From: Lytechinus pictus
Taxonomy: Eukaryota
DNA length: 64,000 bases
Direction: 5' to 3'
NCBI RefSeq assembly: GCF_037042905.1
Contig: NC_087245.1
Location: 3,846,001 to 3,910,000 of the forward strand
A model generated the notes under the pieces. That model worked only from the letters and a program-made list of their open reading frames with translations. It was not told where the DNA came from and ran no database searches. Positions within the stretch are counted from its first letter, which is position 1. Each line of letters opens with the position of its first letter. Of this stretch, positions 1 through 11,904 are shown piece after piece. The translations under genes were made by a program, and so were the position numbers.

Positions 1-7
1 GGTAAGG
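1..7 (+). other. Candidate splice donor (G|GTAAGG), possibly the end of the upstream ectodomain exon
   Basis: The window starts with g-gtaagg and no receptor ectodomain exon was found between here and 16658. Only one exonic base is visible. Confidence 0.35.
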
Positions 8-284
8 AAAGTAATCAGATGTAAACATCCCAAACCAATATGGGCCACCTTTTAGCAAACCTACCCGAGACTACCTCCAGAGGTAGTCTTGGGCAGGCCC
101 CGGCCCACTGATTCGTAAAAGGAAACATGTACCTGGAACCCGTCTCGATCTGTTTGCCAGCTGTCGCAAATTACATGTACGACATTCATGTAGCGCACAA
201 ATTTCCAGATATACACTAGGAGAGGGGAAAAGTGTAGCAAGCGAGAAGGAGAAAAAGGGGAAAAAGATTATATTAAAGTTTATA

Positions 285-1457
285 AATATTTTGTGGAAAC
301 AGTAATATATGCACATTGTCATGAATATTCATTAGGTGGGCTAATAATGTTACATCCCCACTTTTTTTTTTTATGTTATACATGAAATCATAAATGTTTC
401 ATTTTTTCTTACATGTCCTACCGCGCTCATAAAAAAAATAAGGAGAACAAAAAATCGCGCTCCTAAAAAAAAAATTGCTAAAATTTCACATTTTACATCT
501 TTAAATCCATGAAATAGCCATCTATTTTCCATAATTCCTTGAAATTATTTTTATTTTGTTGAAAACTATCAGAAAAATGAATATTCACCTCTTTCCCGAC
601 TCTGATTTGAATTTACGGTAAACTTGGTAAATATTGTAGTCCCATATATGTAGATTTTCATGGCAACACCATGGAAGTCTACATGTGGGACTACAATATT
701 TACCGAGTGTAAGTTCAAATCAGAGTCGGGAAAGAGGTGAATATTCTTCATTTTTCTGATAGTTTTCAACTAAATAAAAATAATTTCAAGGAATTATGGA
801 AAATAGATGGCCATTTCATGGATTTAAAGATGTAAAATGTGAAATTTAGCATTTTTTAATTTAATTTAATTTTTTTTAGCAGGAGCGTCATATTTTGTAA
901 ACGTATTGAGTCTTGACCCAGGCCTAGTTTCACCACAGATTAATCAATAGCTACACAGCTATTGCATATATATGATGTTTAAAAAATCTACAATTTATCA
1001 TACATGTATTGTATTGAATTGATTTGAGAGCGATTCTGAGGAGCTCAATTGAGCTCCTCAAAAAAATAAGGAGAGCGATTTATGGAGCTCCACGAAAATA
1101 TAAACGTGAAGGACTGACATGTGTAAATGATGTGTCTCTGTGATGATGAAATAAGTTGCGGCAATAAATGCACTTTTATAATCAGTTGTCAATCCAATTG
1201 TTTTAGTTCTTGGTAGAATTTTTTTTTGAATAAACCTAATTTCATATAATACAAAAGAACAAGTGGGGATATGACATCAGCGCACCTAATGAATATTCAT
1301 GATGTGTCTAGAACTGTTTCACAGGAATAATGCAAATCTATAACATCCAATAACTTCGTTATTTGTTATCTGATTTTGATCAAATTTTCAGCATTTTGCT
1401 CTGTGAATTTTACTCTATTTATTTGAACAGAAATATTTTCAGCCTGGACCATCCCTG
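285..1457. mobile_element. Fragmented Kolobok-like MITE interrupted by other repeats
   Basis: catgaatattcattaggtg...catccccact at ~320-362 is inverted relative to agtggggatatgacatc...cctaatgaatattcatg at ~1262-1301. The right part resembles the end of the 5921-6525 element. Confidence 0.5.
458..887. repeat. Near-perfect ~430-bp palindrome (foldback/MITE)
   Basis: Arms of ~200 bp (gctaaaatttcacattttacatc...tagtccca and tgggacta...gatgtaaaatgtgaaatttagc) centred on catgg-caaca-ccatg at 659-673. A diverged half copy lies at ~15142-15244. Confidence 0.9.
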
Positions 1458-2009
1458 GATTGTAACTTCAAATAAACTTGGGATACAGGTCTGTATGCAC
1501 AATTAGAGGTACATGAAACATTGTACAGTACATGTGAGGTCAAGGTCATTTAAAGTCAGACATTTCAGTTTACCTGCAAGACTTCCAGTGTGAAATCAAA
1601 CTTGGTTAGGAGTGTAATTGGGGGAAACCTCATGCACAGTAGTGATACATGTAGGTGGGCAAGTGACAATCATGTACCTTGTAATTTTTTATTATTCCTC
1701 CATTTTAAGATGTATGTAAACACACTTGCATTATGGTGTAGCCAATATCCTGAGCATGGAATTTGTCAACAAATGTGTTGAAAGGACATCATAATACAGT
1801 ATTCTGTATTATACAACACAACATAGATTCTTGACAGCTGATTGGGTGAATGCATGTCACATGACATTCAGAGGAATCAGCTGTAGAATGCCAACACATG
1901 AAAGGCGTGCAATTGACTCCTCTTGCACGCTCGAGCAAGAAAGCTGGCACGCCATGGCAGTGCAACGTAGATTCCAAACGCAATGTGTGGGCCATGGCCT
2001 GCGCCTACA

Positions 2010-3667
2010 CATACATGTACCTGCCAACCATTCCGATTTTGGCGGAATTATACCGATTTTTGGACCTCCATTCCGAATTCCGAATTTTAAAACCAAAATT
2101 CTGATTTTTGGGTTACCCGGTAATCAATTTAGTGTTGAAATTATTGAAACGGCTGTATGATGCGACTAACGCATGCACGGCTGTAAGATGCGACTAACGC
2201 ATAAACGACTGGAGCGCACGGCTACGCAAATACACAGTAAACGGCGCACAAACACTGCTAAGTGCGCAGTTCCATTGCAAATGCATGTGAAAATAACGAA
2301 CGTACACGCTATTCTTCGATGTTATCGTTGACTTCCGGAAAAAAATGGCGGCTGATATCGGCTCGCGAAAGTGCCAGCTTTTAGTGAGGACATGTTTTCA
2401 CAATCCACGAACATCGGAAAAACCGTGAAAATTTCACTTTTTTTAGACCCCTTGTTTCCTAACTACGATGTTAAGAATCACCGATGGTGATATTTTTAAT
2501 GCGAAATATGGTGATTTAGGTAAGAAGAAATCACTTTATTTGAAGTATTGCCCCATGTCGCCAGATGATTTTGTAGTGTGGGAGTGAGTTAGAGAATGTG
2601 TAGTGTACATGTCTAGAGTGTGTTGGTGATTTCAGTGGTATATTGCTTGTCTGCTGGGCTGCGCTGAAGTAATGGCCGCACACCGACGCAGTTACTCTAA
2701 CTTTTAGATCTATCCCAACGCAATTTTAACATTGATCTGTACTTTATTTTCTCAAATAATTGTCAAATTTTTGAGGAAGAAAGGAGATTTTCAACTTTTG
2801 ATCTCAATTTAGCCTTCAAAGTCAAACACCAAATCTACTTGCTTCGCTTGCCTAAACTCCCGGCGCCCGCCGAGTTGCTGCGCCTCAGCCTTCCCGTCTC
2901 GCCGGCGCACCGCAAGTGCTGTGGTGGGTGCGGGTCGGGCGCATGCAGCCGTTAGTTTCAGGTCTTTTATCATGGTTGAAAATCTGCTTTCTTATACCAA
3001 CAAACACTTATCCATTGTAGTTTATGATAGAACCTTGTCCTCGGTCAGTAACCCCTGTGTGGTGAAATAAGATTGTCAATGTTTGGCTTATTTCCTCTTG
3101 ACTTGATGCATGATTGCATTGATGATGTAGGTTGGATAAATAGATGTTTGATTTTTTGGCACATCAATTTTTAATAAAGTAGGGCTAACTTAAATCTAAA
3201 TTTATCATAAAAAATATGCCCTGGCCCAAAATTCAATTGAATTCTTGAAATAATTTTTTTTCTGATTGAAAAGAGAATCTGCATCAATCTCTTTCCACCA
3301 ATAGAGGGCCTCACAAAAATATGCTTAAAATTAAAGTTTTTGAGAGATCTGGTGAACAAGAAAAATTATTCCTTACAGATTTAGATGAAAACAAATCACA
3401 CCTGAATGAAATTAGGTGGGTTTTTGTCACAAAAGTGATATTTTAAATACCTTTTCTAAATTTGTAATTGATAAATTAAGGTCGACTACATGTAGGTCAT
3501 CCTCTGGTGTGGTAATGAGGGTAAATTTGCTTTAAAAGGTGTAGGGAAATGCTACTTTTACATGGTGTAAATGCAAAGAGTCCTTACCGTTGGAGCGGGC
3601 CGGACACCCGCTCGGTGCCGTCGTAGCTTTGATACTGATTTTTTATTATCAAAGGTTGGCAGGTATG
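2010..3667. mobile_element. Non-autonomous DNA transposon with 6-bp TSD
   Basis: TIRs CATA[CATGTA]CCTGCCAACC and GGTTGGCAGGTATG, flanked by CCTACA at 2004-2009 and 3668-3673. CpG-rich interior with no transposase ORF. Superfamily uncertain (hAT-like CA...TG ends). Confidence 0.75.
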
Positions 3668-5339
3668 CCTACATAATAATTGCATGCGCGTACCCGCATC
3701 ACTGTGTTACATACACCACGCGCAGGTAAAATGATATTAAGCAAAATCAAAGGCTAAAATTAGACCCGAGTAGGTCTTACTATACCTGTAGTCCCGTTCC
3801 TCCATCATAGGCCTAAAGTTTGATCTTTTTGTGGTTATTTGGTCAAGTTAGAGTATGCCTACAAATCATGTGTGGTATAAAACAAATATTTGATGTTTTG
3901 TCATTCGTGCAACCGTTCAAATATTGAATTTGGTGCAAGTTGAAGCAGTCCATTCTACTCCGCTTTGTGTCTTTAAGTAGACTCTTTCAACTTGCACGCT
4001 CATGTAATATTCAGAAAGATCGCGCTCATAAAAATTGAATATTTGTATGAATACAGTATACACAGTGAATTACATGTACCTGTACATGTACATGTGTATA
4101 CACTTATTCAAATTGACCCCTCCCCCATACATTCAAATTAGGTCAATGATCTTTGTAATGAAGATGGCGGTTAGTATAGCATGTATTAAAAATGTCTAAC
4201 AGCGCCCTCTTGGATCCATGGATCGATCACCTTTATTTCTCTTCACCAGTACATGTACATGTACATTTAATAATTGTGGACTGCACATATGACCTTTAAA
4301 AAGTTTGTATATTATAAGTACATGTACATGGAGCTACTCTGAAAATTAAATTTGCATTGTATTGTAGTGAATCAGTGTTGACTCAGGGAAGTTTTCTATA
4401 ATCCCTCCATGGTTCACATTACTGCAAGCATAGCAGATGTATGCTCCCGGGTTCCTGGGGTGCAGATCAGTGCCTTCTGGCTTTGTGTGCTTCCCTCATA
4501 AAACCATAGCACCAATAGCAATGCACAATTCATTGTGAGCTGTACATTCATGCATCGCCAAATTACACACATCAATCGCAGCAAAAGGGTGCATTGCATT
4601 CAAAGGGTTTGAATGTGTAATTGTGCGGTTGCAACCACATCGCACATTAGTAATTCAGCTCCCCACTACATTTATTCCATTGTGAAGTACTACAATGTAG
4701 GAACATATTCTCTATGTTCTGTATTATGCACATGTACAGTACATGTAGAATCTACATGTACATTACATCATGCGGCAATATCATCTCAACTGGTTATTCG
4801 ACACAGCAGAGCTCACCTTATTTTTTCATTCCTCATCTTCATACAATGGTAATATGGTTCCATCATCCTTCCCCTGTACATTTACATGAATCTTCTATCA
4901 GATGATAAAATTTAGCGAACTTGTAATTCTAATATATTTCTTAAGGGACCCATGTGTTATGCTTATTTTGACCCTAAAATCAGTTAGGCCTAATCATCTT
5001 TTTGTTTTATAGAAAATTACTATTAGAAATTGTCCTATTGAGGTACATGTAGTTGCTTCAAAATGGGGATAAACCAAATATAAAGAATTATAAGAGCTGA
5101 AAAGTAATCACCAGACTGGTTTATGGTCTTCCTTGTGTAGAGGGTGGGGGGGGGGGGGGGGACCAAAATGCAAAATTCACATTTAAGCACCCCAGAACAA
5201 GTTACATGTAAGTCTTACTTCAGAAAGAGTCAGTAATCCATTCAGCTAATTAATAAAATATTTTATAATTTAAAGCTAGAAAAATGATTTTCCAAAGTTA
5301 CATGTGTATTTTGGGACACAAAATGTTTTGAAGTGGACA

Positions 5340-6872
5340 CTTTTTATAATGCCCGTCCTATGGGACGTATTATGGTATCACGATCGGTGTCCGTCTGTTA
5401 GTCCGTCCGTCCATTTTCTTTGTAAACGCGATAACTTTAGTTTGACTCAACCTAGGCTCATATAATTTGGTGTGTATGATACTAGCATGTATCACAGGAG
5501 CCTAACTATTTTGAGGTCAAAGGTCACAGCGACCTGTTTTCATCTTACCCTTCTGTGGTCCTTGTCAATGGATAACTTCAGTTTAACTTAATCTACATGT
5601 ACAGTACATGTAGGCTCATATAATTTGTTGTGTATGATGCATGTACATGTACATGTAGTACAATGTAGCATGGATCCCAGGAAGCCTATTGATTTTGAGG
5701 TACAAAGGTCAAGGTCACAGTGACATGTTTTCATCTTACTCTTCTGAAGTCCTTGTAAACGTGATGACTTAAGTTTAAATTAACCTAGGCTCAACTAGCA
5801 TGGATCCCAGGTATCCTGAAGATTTTCAGTTCAAAAGGTCAAAGGTCAAGGTCACAGTGACATGCTTTCATCTTACCCTTCTGAAGTCATTGTAAATGTG
5901 ATAACTTCAAATCAACTTAAAGGTCAAGTACACCTCAGAAAAACGTAGATTTAAATCAATGTAGAAAAATCAGACAAGAATAATGCTGAAATTTTCATTG
6001 AAATCGGATGTAAAATAAGCAAGTTATGACATTTTAAAGTTTCGCTTATTTTTCACAAAATAGTTATATTCACAATTTAGTCACATGCACTTAATAAAAG
6101 AATGGATTATGTCCCTCACTCACTATTTCTTTTGTTGTTTATTGTTTGAATTATACAATATTTAATTTTTTACAGATCTCACAATAAGGACCAACTTGAT
6201 TTAACCATTAATGTTAAACAATGGCATTTCCACATGTTCAGGGAGGAATAGAACTTTGTTTGACAAGACAATGATGATAAAATTAGAATATTTTGTATTT
6301 CATATAACAAAATACAAAATAAATAGTGAGTGAGTGATGTCATCAGTTGCCTCACTTGCATACCGATCAGGATGTGCATATAACTGTTTTGTGAAATTAA
6401 GTGAAACTTAAAATTGTGACGATTCTCTTATTATACATCTGATTTTGATGAAATTTTCAGTGTTATGCTTGTTGGATTTTTCTCTTTTTATTCAAATCAA
6501 CTTTTTGTTGGAGTGGACCTGTCCTTTAACTTAGGCTCATATAATTTGGTGTGTATGATACTAGCATGGATTCCAGGAAGCCTGTTGAGTTTGAGATCAA
6601 AAGGTCAAGGTCACAGTGACATATTTTCCTCTTACCCTTCTGAAGTCCTTGGAAACGTGATAACTTTAGTTTAACTTAACCTACATATGTATGCTCATAT
6701 AATTTGGTTTTTATGATACCAGCATGGATCCCAGGAATTCTATTGATTTTGAGGTCAGAAGGTCGAAGGTCAAGTCGCCATCTTCATTTTTCTTGTTTGA
6801 CCAATATCTCAATTTTCCGCGTTACAGGCGGGCTTATTGTGCGCTCGCCCCACCCAGCGACACTTAAATGTT
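5340..6872 (+). mobile_element. Helentron-type non-autonomous element (HINE/DINE-1-like), family A
   Basis: T-run, subterminal repeat ATAATGCCCGTCC with a nearby inverted copy, (CCGT)n-like microsatellite, ~140-150 bp tandem units, and 3' GGCGGGCTTATT followed by a GC-rich hairpin-like end. Confidence 0.7.
5921..6525. mobile_element. Kolobok-like MITE with TTAA TSD
   Basis: ttaa|AGGTCAAGTACACC...GTGGACCTGTCCT|ttaa with long imperfect TIRs. Removing it restores the host unit aacttaacttaggctcat. Confidence 0.85.
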
Positions 6873-7903
6873 CATGTATGTATCAAAAGCACAAGATATA
6901 AATTACATGCATGTAGATTTTTGCTATTTCTTTCGGAATATTTAAAACTACATGTAGGCTATTAAAAAAAAACCCACCTTAAATCTCTCACTTTGAAAGG
7001 GTAATATATGGATTCTACATGTATACTCAAAAGTCAGTGTTTCCTACAGTACGTAATTGATTTTGGGGACACAAAAGTTTTAACAATCAGATCCTGAATG
7101 ATTTCTTATTTTTATCTTCAAAATCAGTTTGTCACCAATCGCTTTATATGAGAATGTATAAACTATTTTACCCCAATTCAAGGCTGTAGTCTACTGTAGT
7201 ATAATGAATTAAAAATGTCACATATTTTTGCCAGAAAGTGATAATTTCAAAATATTTTCTCATCAAATTTCAAGTATTTCTTGGACTGTGAAAAATTTTA
7301 TTTTATTTCTTTCTTTGCAAGTTAACTTGGAAAACAATTTAACTTAAACCTAGAGTGGAAATCGGGATTGTACTCTCTTAAATATGGCTTGATGAAGTTA
7401 CTAAAGGTGGTAGTTTGCTAGTGAGTTTCTTATTTATGGAAACACCCATACTTAATAAGAAAAATGAAGACCCCCATCCCCCTGCAATATGCACACTGTA
7501 TAATGTACATGATGTATGCTGTAAGCTACACATCCACAATTAAAAACAAAAAAGTGCATAATTTACATGTGTATGTGGGGTCTGTGCACTCTTCTCCAGA
7601 CAGTAAAATGTGTGTAATGCTTACCGTAATACATTTGAAGTAGGGTCCATGGAGGCTGAGCACAGATGTAAACATATACCCTGTTCTCATTACAATCCTA
7701 AAAAATAGATTACTGGAAACCAATTCAGGAAACCAGTTTGGAAGATAGCTTTGCTAGCATTCACATTTGATCACTCAAAACTGTTTTTTTTATCATGTAA
7801 AGCAGTATTGTTGCTACGGGAACACTCTCAGTCAGGGTGACAGTTTCGCGTGAAATTTGAAAGCACTCTGGCGTAGACATTCTACACAGTGTAGAGTAGC
7901 TCT

Positions 7904-8443
7904 CCCAGAACAAGTTACATGTAAGTCTTATTTCAGAAAGAGTCAGTAATCCATTCAGCTAATTAATAAAATATTTTATAATTTAAAGCTAGAAAAATGA
8001 TTTTCCAAAGTTACATGTGTATTGTTGGGACACAAAATGTTTTGAAGTGGACACTTTTTATAATGCCCGTCCTATGGGACGTATTATGGTATCACGATCG
8101 GTGTCCGTCTGTTAGTCCGTCCGTCCATTTTCTTTGTAAACGCGATAACTTTAGTTTGACTCAACCTAGGCTCATATAATTTGGTGTGTATGATACTAGC
8201 ATGTATCACAGGAGCCTAACTATTTTGAGGTCAAAGGTCACAGCGACCTGTTTTCATCTTACCCTTCTGTGGTCCTTGTCAATGGATAACTTCAGTTTAA
8301 CTTAATCTACATGTACAGTACATGTAGGCTCATATAATTTGTTGTGTATGATGCATGTACATGTACATGTAGTACAATGTAGCATGGATCCCAGGAAGCC
8401 TATTGATTTTGAGGTACAAAGGTCAAGGTCACAGTGACATGTT
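7904..8443 (+). repeat. Near-identical copy of 5191-5729
   Basis: About 540 bp with only a couple of differences seen by eye. It includes non-repeat flank plus the 5' part of HINE family A. Confidence 0.9.
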
Positions 8444-9326
8444 GGGGGTATTTGTTGAATTGCCGTCATAAATTAAAAAGTTTATGGATCTAGTTCATGA
8501 AACTTGGACATAAGAGCAATTATTATCCCTGAACATTTTGTGTGAGTTTAAGGTCACATGAGCAAGGTCAAAGGTCATTGAGGGTCAACAAACTATTTTT
8601 GAAAGTTATCGACCTGCATGTAGTGACACTTGGACATACTGTAAGGGTCTTCAGGTATTTCAGAGCATCTGTCATTCTGTATTAAACTGAAAGTTTATGG
8701 AACTAGTTCATGAAACATAGACACAAGGGTAATCTTTTATCACTGTTTTGCACAAGTCTTATACCCCTTTCATAAACCCAATTATGCGGCTAATAGCAGC
8801 ATAATTTGGTCGTAAAATCGAGGACCAGAGTTATCCGCATTATTTTGATGCTGCAATTATCCGCATAATAGCGGCATCGGAACCAGATTTTGACTTTATG
8901 AACGCAATCCAAAGTAATGCGGATAATTGCCATGGTGCGGTCACAAGGTCACCCTTTTCCAACACAACCGCATCGGAGGGGGTGTTTGCCGTTGCCATGA
9001 CGATTATCCGCCTTTTTTCAGGAAGGGCGCTCGTAAAAATAGTGCGGATTATTTTCGGAGTTTGTGAACGCAATTTTTATTGAATTATCCGCATTACTCT
9101 TACTTCTTAGGCGGCTAATTGGAGGATGGGTTTATGAAAGGGGTATTAGGTCACATGCTTAAGGTCAAAGGTCATTTTGGGTCAATGAACATAGTATTTT
9201 ATTATCATATGAATGTTTTCTTTTGTGAATATTTATTCAATAGTTGTTTACTTGTTTTCAAAGTGAGCACTGCTGCTATATTGAATTATGTAATTCAGGC
9301 GAGTCTGCCACAGGCGACCCACTTGA
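8444..9326 (+). mobile_element. 5'-truncated HINE family C copy
   Basis: Same units and 3' end (caggcgagtctgcca...ccacttg) as 31395-32096. Confidence 0.7.
8762..9145. mobile_element. PIF/Harbinger-like MITE with TTA TSD
   Basis: tta|TACCCCTTTCATAAACCC...GGGTTTATGAAAGGGGTA|tta. The empty site matches the paralogous HINE sequence at ~31910. Confidence 0.85.
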
Positions 9327-11904
9327 TATTTTCTAGGGGCATATTTTTTTACATACAATATAGTGGCTATTTTGAAGGCCACTATTTTTTGAAGTGCTAT
9401 TTTGTGCTCTACTTACTATTGTATAAAAATTACATTTGACCTGCAAGACAATTTTTCACACTGAGATGTGCATAGACCTACAGTGTATACAACTGTAAGT
9501 GTACAGTATGTAGTTAATGAGAGGAAGGTGAAAAAGGAGAACAAGTTTCTTTTTGTCTCGCCCACCAGAAGTGAAGGCGAGACTTACATGTACTTGTACT
9601 TTTTATTTTAGGGAGCCACTTTGAAAAAAAAAATGAGAGCCATTTTTCATTTTACCAATTACATTGTTTATTTAATTGCTATTTATTTTTTCTTCATTGT
9701 TATTAATTTATTGTTGTTCATTTACATGTAGATCTAATGTTTATTGTTTGTATCTCATATTAGATTACCTGGACGTTCTAACTTATACAATTTTGTCCAT
9801 CAAATTTAATAGGCTGAAGTTTATGTAATTTGAACAGAATTTGTTTTCAGAGGAATCCTTTTCATAATTACTTTTTGATAAAAACTCACTTGAAAATTAT
9901 TTATGAAATATTGAATGCATCACAGCCTGATAGCTAACGTCAACATGTCAACTATTTCTCAAGCTATGCTATGCCTACGCCAGCGCAGCCACTGAACACA
10001 GCACAGCTCTCATTCAATCGTCACCGCAACACACAGCTCAAAGTCGATCATCACCGCAACACAGCGGGTATGAAACTACATTAGTGCCAATACATGTAAT
10101 ACACTCAGGCACTGACTGTTACCAAAAATCCCCACTGAAAATCCTAATTTCGGTCTTCTGCGCCATATTTCCAGAGCACCAAGTGGCTTTATAGTTCAGA
10201 TTAAAGAAGTGAAGTCGCCTAAAATAAAAAAAAACTGATTTTCTTCAGAGTTTACGATCTTATTTTCTTGCAAATTTAGGATGGTATCTTCAAAATTAAT
10301 CCAATAAAAAAGGATTTTTTTTACTATCTGATTTAGGGCGAGACCTGGTGCCGGTGCTTTGAAAAATATCTGGGATATCGAGAGTTTGAAACTTGATACG
10401 CATTTTTTCTGAAGCACCGTGCCCGTGATTCTAAAAAAATCCACTCATTTACACGTTGGAACGCGACGATGTATGAAAGTAAACACTGCGGCTGCGCTGG
10501 CCTGGCTGTCTGACTGCTAATATTCAGTCATCAACGGGAGACTTGATGGGCGCGGACGGGAGCGATTTTCATGTTGGGAGTCGCTCGGTACTTGGCAGTT
10601 TTAGGCAGTTGCGAGAGCGATTCCAAAGCACACGAGGGCGGAATCGCTCCCATCTATTTTCAACCCTGTTGTACATGTAGCCTACCATGTCCATGTAGGC
10701 TGTTGTCTATACATGTAGATTCAAATTTAAGCTAAACCCACTGCACAGCCAACTTGTATAAAGATGTAAATAGTGAAAAATCATACAATCCTGTGTACAT
10801 GTACATTGTATGTACATGTACTATTATTATGAAAATGTTGTAATTTTTTTTTAACTCATGCTAGTAAGAGAAGTTATATGCTGTCACAAGCAATGGGATG
10901 GCTAATGTATGGTTCCATGAGCCTAATTACAACAGGAAGGCTAAAGATATTCGTTCGACCTAACCCATTCGAATTTTTTTCAATTTAATATTGCTGTTTG
11001 ACAAAAGTGTATGAATATAATTGAAAATCTAACACTGATTCTAGAAATGGTAACTACTGAACTTCGTTTGCCCAAATTGGGAAGATATATCAATGACTTT
11101 GGAACTATTTTTTGACTGGCGGAAGAATTAGAGCTATTTTACTGTTTCAGTTGATAAATTTGATCCCATCATATTTATCTTCATAAATGGCGATTTATTT
11201 TTAAAATGAGCTGGCTACGATACCCTTCTATGTTCAGATATGGAATGTCAGATATACATGTATATCCTATCCGTACATGTAGTAAACATTCGACCCTCTA
11301 ATTTCACATTTATTTTTTATGAATTTTTCAAAAGTGCCATTTTAACGCACAAGTCTATGGGGAATGTTTTATGCGCGTGACACCATTTGGGTATCTCTAG
11401 AAACTGAACAACCCCCTCTTTGTCAGGTTCTTGCCCAACTAGATCTGTGTGGGATGTGCCCTTTTGCTTTTTGGTTGATGAACACTTAAGAGTGCAAGAG
11501 AGTGGAGGTAAAGACCAAACAGGATCAGTGTGCAAATTATCGCAGGAAATTGGTGTCTGACAAGAAGAGAACTCTCCAGACTCTGTCTCATGAGAAATTA
11601 AAGATACATGTATGCGTACATAATGAGCCTTACAGTATTCCATATTATCAGGGGCTAATCCAGTTTCGCCAATAGTGGGGGCCAGAAAATGTTTTCATCC
11701 TTATTTTTCCTGATTGGTCGCTTAAATCTGATGTGTATTGTTATTATTTTTTTAGGGGGCTAGTCCTACGTGTATAAAGACTAGTATTCTTGAAAATGAT
11801 ATAGGCATTGATGTTGAGGCCTTTAGTAATGTGAGCGTGAAGCATGAGCTATTTTTGTTTTCTTCCTCCTATCTTTCCTCTTCTGTTATCTCCTCTCCCT
11901 ACTT

